64,000 bases of DNA, from the NCBI GenBank assembly GCA_964347565.1, contig CAYFZD010000001.1, positions 3,019 through 67,018 on the forward strand, given 5' to 3'. The position numbers were made by a program, and so were the translations under genes. Below, piece by piece: positions 59,307 through 64,000 of this stretch; within the stretch, counting starts at the first letter, position 1; the number at the start of each line of letters is the position of its first letter. This DNA comes from an uncultured Pseudomonadales bacterium. Its GTDB lineage: Bacteria; Patescibacteriota; Microgenomatia; UBA1400; UBA12108. The notes under the pieces were generated by a model. It saw only the letters and a list, made by a program, of their open reading frames with translations. It was not told the origin of the DNA and did no database searches.

Positions 59307-61164
59307 TCATCTGCTCAACACAGCGAGCAAACTCCATATCGTTCGCAATTTTTGCTTTTGCATTAGTTAGCGAATCCACAAACAATTGATCCTCAATATA
59401 ATAGGCTTCTCCCCCGGACTTGGGATTTAAGTTATAAACCGAGTGGTTTAGCGGGATGGCGTAGTAGGGGATTGTCTCGGTTCTTTTGCCGGTTTTGATG
59501 GTGAGCTTTTTGTCGCTAAAGCGGATACTGCCTTCGCTCCCCACGATCTCGTATTCGATTGTCATGACGGGGTACCCCGCGATACTCCAGTTAGCATTTA
59601 GTTTTCCCGCAATTCCGCTTTTATGTTTTAGGACCAACTGAGCTTTGTCCTCAACTTCATTGCCGTATAGGTAATCTAGTTTGGATCGACTTACCCTTGC
59701 CTGCCCAAAGAGATACTGAACTATTGAAAATGCATGCGGGCCTGGGTTAGCCAGGACTCCTCCTCCCGACAGATTCTTCTTAAACAACCATCCTTTCTTA
59801 GGACCAAATACTTCGCTATGGCGCAAATTAATTGTGTAGTTTTTGATCGCGCCAATCCTTTTTTGCTCGATCAACGCTTTGGTGTACTCTATCTCTCGTT
59901 TATAGACCCAAAAGTATCCGGCCACGCTCCCTGGATATTTTTTGCCCCAATCACTGGACTTCACGTAAACAGGTTTTTCGACAAAAAACGGAACTTGTTT
60001 CGCCAAACAAAGATCAATTATTTCTTTGTGGGCAAAAGTCGGGGTACAGATAAATACAGCATCCACTGACTCATGTTTGAATGCTTCTTGCAGTGAGGTA
60101 TAGAAGCTTGCCTGGATACCCATACTTAGAGCCGTTTGTCCAAGCGATACATCTTGATCCACTATCGCCACAATGTTGGCGTCTTTTATCACCGATAGTG
60201 CTGTTGAGTGCATGATTCCCATTTTTCCCAGTCCTACCATAATGATCTTTTTGCCCGCTTTTTTCTTGCTCCCTAAATATTTTGCCACCCCTTCACTAGT
60301 GCTAGTGAGATTTAGTTTCAGATCCTTTATCGCTTGGCGTGGGTTACAGTTCGTATTTTGAGTCGAACCCAAGACGTTATCCACGTTAATAGATAAGCCT
60401 GGGATTAGCTTCGTCGCTAGATAGACCAGCGCTAACCCAAGGAGAGCGGGAATATGCACTATTGGTTTAGAGATCCCTACTTGTTGTTGGATCAGTCTCA
60501 CCAAGTTATCAAAAGTAATTTTCTTGGGGTCACCCAGGTCATAAATTTTATGGATACTCTTTGGGATTTCAAGTGTCTTAATAATCGAGCGAGCGAGATC
60601 TACCACATCGATTGGGTATAGCTCCCATTTCCCGTTACCAATCACAGGAACAAACGGCAGTTTCTCCGTGTATTTACGTATGGTTTGGAATAGTGTTTCT
60701 TCGCCTTCTCCATACACCAAGCTTGGTTTCAGCGTTGTCCAGTCGATGTCTTTTTGCTGGATAATTTCGTCACTCTGACGTTTTGATTCTCCATACACTC
60801 CGCGAAATCTGATCTTAGTTGATTGTGAACTAATATTGATCACTCTGTTGCTCTTAAACTTACCTTCTCTCGCCAGCCTCACGACATTGTGGGCACCACT
60901 TAAGTTGACGCTGTAACTCAGCTTGGGGTGATATTTATTGGCCGCCAAATGCACAATCGTCTCGACCTTCCCTAATTTCTCAGAGTAGCTCTCATATTCG
61001 GTAATATCCGCATATAACATGCTGAGATTATGATGGGGAGCAAAAGGAGGAATGGTACCAGGCCTAGCCATGGCCAGAACCCCATAATCCTGTACCAGGA
61101 GTTCCTCTACAACTGTTCTCCCGATAAATCCCGTCGCACCTGTCACTAAAACCAGTTGTTTCAT
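59278..61164 (-). CDS. Fusion: NAD-dependent epimerase/dehydratase-like SDR domain + Gfo/Idh/MocA-family oxidoreductase domain
   Basis: N-terminal LVLVTGATGFIGRTVV (extended SDR, about 300 aa). C-terminal IIMVGLGKMGIMHSTAL...IVAIVDQD...FICTPTFAHKEI...EKP (Gfo/Idh/MocA Rossmann plus EKP motif). Confidence 0.7.
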   Translation of the reverse strand: MKQLVLVTGATGFIGRTVVEELLVQDYGVLAMARPGTIPPFAPHHNLSMLYADITEYESYSEKLGKVETIVHLAANKYHPKLSYSVNLSGAHNVVRLAREGKFKSNRVINISSQSTKIRFRGVYGESKRQSDEIIQQKDIDWTTLKPSLVYGEGEETLFQTIRKYTEKLPFVPVIGNGKWELYPIDVVDLARSIIKTLEIPKSIHKIYDLGDPKKITFDNLVRLIQQQVGISKPIVHIPALLGLALVYLATKLIPGLSINVDNVLGSTQNTNCNPRQAIKDLKLNLTSTSEGVAKYLGSKKKAGKKIIMVGLGKMGIMHSTALSVIKDANIVAIVDQDVSLGQTALSMGIQASFYTSLQEAFKHESVDAVFICTPTFAHKEIIDLCLAKQVPFFVEKPVYVKSSDWGKKYPGSVAGYFWVYKREIEYTKALIEQKRIGAIKNYTINLRHSEVFGPKKGWLFKKNLSGGGVLANPGPHAFSIVQYLFGQARVSRSKLDYLYGNEVEDKAQLVLKHKSGIAGKLNANWSIAGYPVMTIEYEIVGSEGSIRFSDKKLTIKTGKRTETIPYYAIPLNHSVYNLNPKSGGEAYYIEDQLFVDSLTNAKAKIANDMEFARCVEQMIGEAYAKAN

Positions 61165-62090
61165 TTTTGTGCGACCAAAAGCAAATTATCTGCGACTTTC
61201 TTAGATTTTGGAGAGTCGATTGTGTTTGCCAACAGTATCTGAGCGTAGGTAATACCCATCATCTTCATATTGAGCTCTGCCCCTGCCCGGGTGACAAAAT
61301 CAAACCACAGCTTGGGTAGATTGTCCCTCACAATGCGGTAGATTAAATTAACAATACCGCTGCGGAATTTTTGGATACTCCCGGAAAAAATTTTGTAAAA
61401 AACAGGGTTATATATCTTGTCTACTCGCGCTTGTTTGGCACCATAAATACTCTGTCCCAGCTTGGTTAGCTCGTCGTGGGTATATTCGTGCTCATGTGGA
61501 GGCACGAGCCGCAAAGAGGGAGTGTCATTTGGGTTTAAGCCGTAAACATTTTGAGACTTGTTGCGCTCCGGGGTACCTATAAATGCCATGCCCCCCGTTT
61601 TTAGTAATCGCTTACTTTCAGCCACAAATTTGTAACCATCGTCTTTGTTGACGTGCTCGATTACGTGGGAGGAGATAACAAAGTCCATCGACCCTGCTCG
61701 CAGGGAAGTTTTCTGGGCACTATCATGAATAAATTTGACTCCGTACTGCCCGTATGATGATTTAGCATAACTAATGCACGCTTCACTATAGTCAGTCCCG
61801 ACTATTTCCATGTCCGGGAAAATTGACTGCATATAAGCGAGGAGTCGCCCGCTCCCAGAGCCCAGCTCTACCAGTCGCAATCCTTTAGTGCTTGCTAGCT
61901 TGCGCAAGTAACGTATCACAGACAAGTAGATGGGTAGGACGGTCCCAAAATGGAATAGGGGACTTCGCAGTTCGCTCCCGGCACCCTCGCGCGCAACCCG
62001 GCTGTCCATCGCAGGAATTGCGTGGGTAGTATGCCACTGCCAGTACTCACTAGCCTCATTACTTAAGTCTGAATATTTTATCTTTAACAT
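61161..62090 (-). CDS. Class I SAM-dependent methyltransferase
   Basis: Motif I LRLVELGSGSGRLLAYM and post-I MDFVISSHVIEHV. ATGA overlap with the upstream gene. Confidence 0.7.
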   Translation of the reverse strand: MLKIKYSDLSNEASEYWQWHTTHAIPAMDSRVAREGAGSELRSPLFHFGTVLPIYLSVIRYLRKLASTKGLRLVELGSGSGRLLAYMQSIFPDMEIVGTDYSEACISYAKSSYGQYGVKFIHDSAQKTSLRAGSMDFVISSHVIEHVNKDDGYKFVAESKRLLKTGGMAFIGTPERNKSQNVYGLNPNDTPSLRLVPPHEHEYTHDELTKLGQSIYGAKQARVDKIYNPVFYKIFSGSIQKFRSGIVNLIYRIVRDNLPKLWFDFVTRAGAELNMKMMGITYAQILLANTIDSPKSKKVADNLLLVAQK

Positions 62091-62100
62091 AATATAGTGA

Positions 62101-62805
62101 TTATTCTACAAATTTGTATTTTAACAAGGTGTAAATCGCATGTAAGCCATCGCGCCAATTGATTTTTTTACCTTCGGCTACTTTTCTTCCTCGATAGGAT
62201 ATCTCCACTTCATAAATAGGTATATTTTTCTTCGCTATTTTTGCTGTAATTTCTGGGCAAAAATCGAACTTTTTACATACCAGGGAAACAGAATCAAGTA
62301 AGCTGGCGTCAAACACCTTATAACCAGTTGCTTCATCAGTAATGTTTGTCGTATACAGTATGTTAGTTAGCCAGTTGATAAATTGTCCGCCAACATAAAA
62401 TACCCAGCCTCCATGATGCATCTTGGAGTGAGTCAACATTCTCGACCCATAAACAACCCTGGCTTTACCTTGTAATATAGGTGCAAGTAGTTTGGGATAG
62501 TCGCTCGGACTATATTCTAGGTCAGCATCCTGAACCAAGATGATGTCGCCCGTTGACATCTCAAAACCATGTCGTAGTGCCGCCCCCTTACCTTTGTTAT
62601 ATGGCTGGTAATAGACTCTTATGTTCTTGTTTCTCAATCTCCTTAAAATATCACGAGTTTTGTCAGTCGACCCATCATCCACCACAATAATCTCTTTGTG
62701 AAGTCCAAGAGTATTAGACTGTATCACTCTTTTGATAATTTTCGCTATTGTCTGCTCTTCGTTGTAGACAGGGATGATGATAGAAACAGTTTTATATTTT
62801 TCCAT
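62101..62805 (-). CDS. GT2 glycosyltransferase (DPM1-like)
   Basis: VSIIIPVYNEEQTI, IVVDDGSTDKT and VQDADLEYSP motifs. Confidence 0.8.
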   Translation of the reverse strand: MEKYKTVSIIIPVYNEEQTIAKIIKRVIQSNTLGLHKEIIVVDDGSTDKTRDILRRLRNKNIRVYYQPYNKGKGAALRHGFEMSTGDIILVQDADLEYSPSDYPKLLAPILQGKARVVYGSRMLTHSKMHHGGWVFYVGGQFINWLTNILYTTNITDEATGYKVFDASLLDSVSLVCKKFDFCPEITAKIAKKNIPIYEVEISYRGRKVAEGKKINWRDGLHAIYTLLKYKFVE

Positions 62806-62887
62806 GCAGATATTGTACTATAGGAGGCACCATGTCAGCTAATCGCTAATTTGACAACCAGCTATCAATAGGTGTTAATTAAACATA

Positions 62888-63967
62888 ATGCCAAAAAATA
62901 AGTATCGTCCATCCATTCTCCATCGTCCACTACTCATCACGGTCGCCTTAGCCGTCGTTCTCTTGCTTGTGACCGCCAATATCTCGACCACCCACAACTT
63001 TACTCCCAACACCTCAAGTGTCTTAGGCGAAGGAGAGGAGAGTGAAGAACAAAAGCAAGCTGAGGAAGCAGCCAAAGAGTCTGCCAAGCAAGCGGAAGAA
63101 ATCCAAAAAGAAAGTACTAAACAAGCAGAAGAACTGTCAAAGCAACAACAAGAGCAACAGAAAGAAACTGTCGAGACCACTCCTGCGGGCAGTTCGCGCC
63201 CCTCCAGTTTATCCGTGAACGCAATCAAATCAAAGACAGAAACAATCTCTCCTAGTGGCCTCAAAATGAAAACAGAGACTGAAGGTAGTAAGCAAGAGAC
63301 CGAGATTGAAACCGCCGATGGACAAAAAATCAAAACCAAAATTGAAGACGATGGCACCACCAAGATAGAAATCGAAAATGGCACTCTCAAATTAGTCTAT
63401 CGCATGGAAAACGGGCAATTAGCTCTCAGGGTAGAAGACGAGGAAGGTGACGAGGTAGAAATAGAAGACGACGAACTCGATGAACTAGAGAATGAAGTCG
63501 AAAACGAGCTAGGGGACGATGACCTCAAACTTACTCCAACCACCAATAATCAACTAGCGCTCACTAGCAATCGAGTGGCAGCTATCACCGGCTACCCACT
63601 CTCTATCAACGTTGAAACCAAGCAACTCACCATCACTACTCCCCAGGGACAGCGAGTGGTCACAGTGCTACCCGACGAAGCGGTCGCCAATCTGCTCGCC
63701 ACCGGCCTCATCAATCAGGTCGAGTCAACCCTTACTGATACTGATATACAGGGTGAATTGGGGGCACTCAGCGGGGTTGTCGGTATTGATATTCGCGACG
63801 GCGAGATCGTCTATAAAATAGACGGGGTCAAAACCCATCGATTGCTGGGCTTGATTCCCGTTGATACTCAAACCACGGCTTTTGTCTCTGCCGACACAGG
63901 CACTGTGGTCGCTCAAGAACGCTCTATCCTCGCCAATATCATCGATTTCCTCTCCCCCACACTCTAA
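62888..63967 (+). CDS. Membrane-anchored/secreted acidic, Ser/Thr-rich coiled-coil protein (hypothetical)
   Basis: N-terminal TM or signal anchor (LLITVALAVVLLLVTA). An E/K/Q-rich low-complexity coiled-coil region, then an acidic block (EDEEGDEVEIEDDELDELENEVENE), then a Thr-rich C-terminal domain. Confidence 0.5.
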   Translation: MPKNKYRPSILHRPLLITVALAVVLLLVTANISTTHNFTPNTSSVLGEGEESEEQKQAEEAAKESAKQAEEIQKESTKQAEELSKQQQEQQKETVETTPAGSSRPSSLSVNAIKSKTETISPSGLKMKTETEGSKQETEIETADGQKIKTKIEDDGTTKIEIENGTLKLVYRMENGQLALRVEDEEGDEVEIEDDELDELENEVENELGDDDLKLTPTTNNQLALTSNRVAAITGYPLSINVETKQLTITTPQGQRVVTVLPDEAVANLLATGLINQVESTLTDTDIQGELGALSGVVGIDIRDGEIVYKIDGVKTHRLLGLIPVDTQTTAFVSADTGTVVAQERSILANIIDFLSPTL

Positions 63968-64000
63968 GCTCTCCACTATAGACAACCCCTCTCAATTTGC

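Noticed and set aside
62875-63390. 171-aa Cys/Ser-rich ORF on the minus strand
   Set aside because: It lies fully antisense to the E/K-rich low-complexity region of 62888-63967. The complement of GAA/GAG/AAG-rich repeats naturally yields open Ser/Cys/Phe-rich frames. It has no start context and no motifs, so it is most likely spurious.

Overview
This 64-kb window is almost entirely a cell-envelope glycan/glycoconjugate biosynthesis island. No rRNA, tRNA, CRISPR array, transposase or integrase was recognised by eye.

Functional content:
- Nucleotide-sugar genes: a 5'-truncated UDP-glucose-dehydrogenase-family gene; an rmd-like reductase plus gmd (GDP-D-rhamnose); UDP-xylose synthase; wecB (UDP-ManNAc); and rfbF, rfbG and rfbH/ddhC (CDP-4-keto-3,6-dideoxyhexose).
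- An unusually dense set of transferases: at least 13 GT2 domains, 3 GT4, one CgeB-like GT, and about 17 polytopic membrane proteins. Many of the membrane proteins carry ArnT/PMT-like DE or DD loop motifs, or belong to two expanded paralogous families (a PIG-V-like FDGxHY...FPLYP family and an HD-motif family).
- Export and modification genes: a Wzx flippase, a Wzm/Wzt ABC exporter, a pyruvyl transferase, several SAM methyltransferases including a C-methyltransferase-like enzyme, an SDR, and an SDR-Gfo/Idh/MocA fusion.

Organisation:
- From 4.1 kb to 39.5 kb, 31 of 32 genes are on the + strand and joined by ATGA or 8-nt overlaps. This looks like one translationally coupled operon.
- Polyprenol-phosphate GT2 genes alternate with GT-C membrane transferases, and several are domain fusions (GT2+GtrA, GT2+PIG-V-like, membrane+methyltransferase, GT4+GT2).
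- The array contains a small island: an alpha/beta hydrolase, a TrpR/YerC-like regulator flanked by two copies of a 26-bp near-palindrome, and a stand-alone GATase1.
- The exporter pair is split by a 'four-helix-bundle' (23S-IVS-type) gene.
- The 39.5-47.9 kb segment is noticeably more AT-rich.

Interpretation (inference): the organisation, with compact overlapping genes and many GT-C paralogs, resembles mycobacterial lipomannan/LAM or protein O-mannosylation machinery. It appears here in an unidentified, possibly CPR/Patescibacteria-like, bacterium. All functional calls are from motif recognition by eye; no database search was run.
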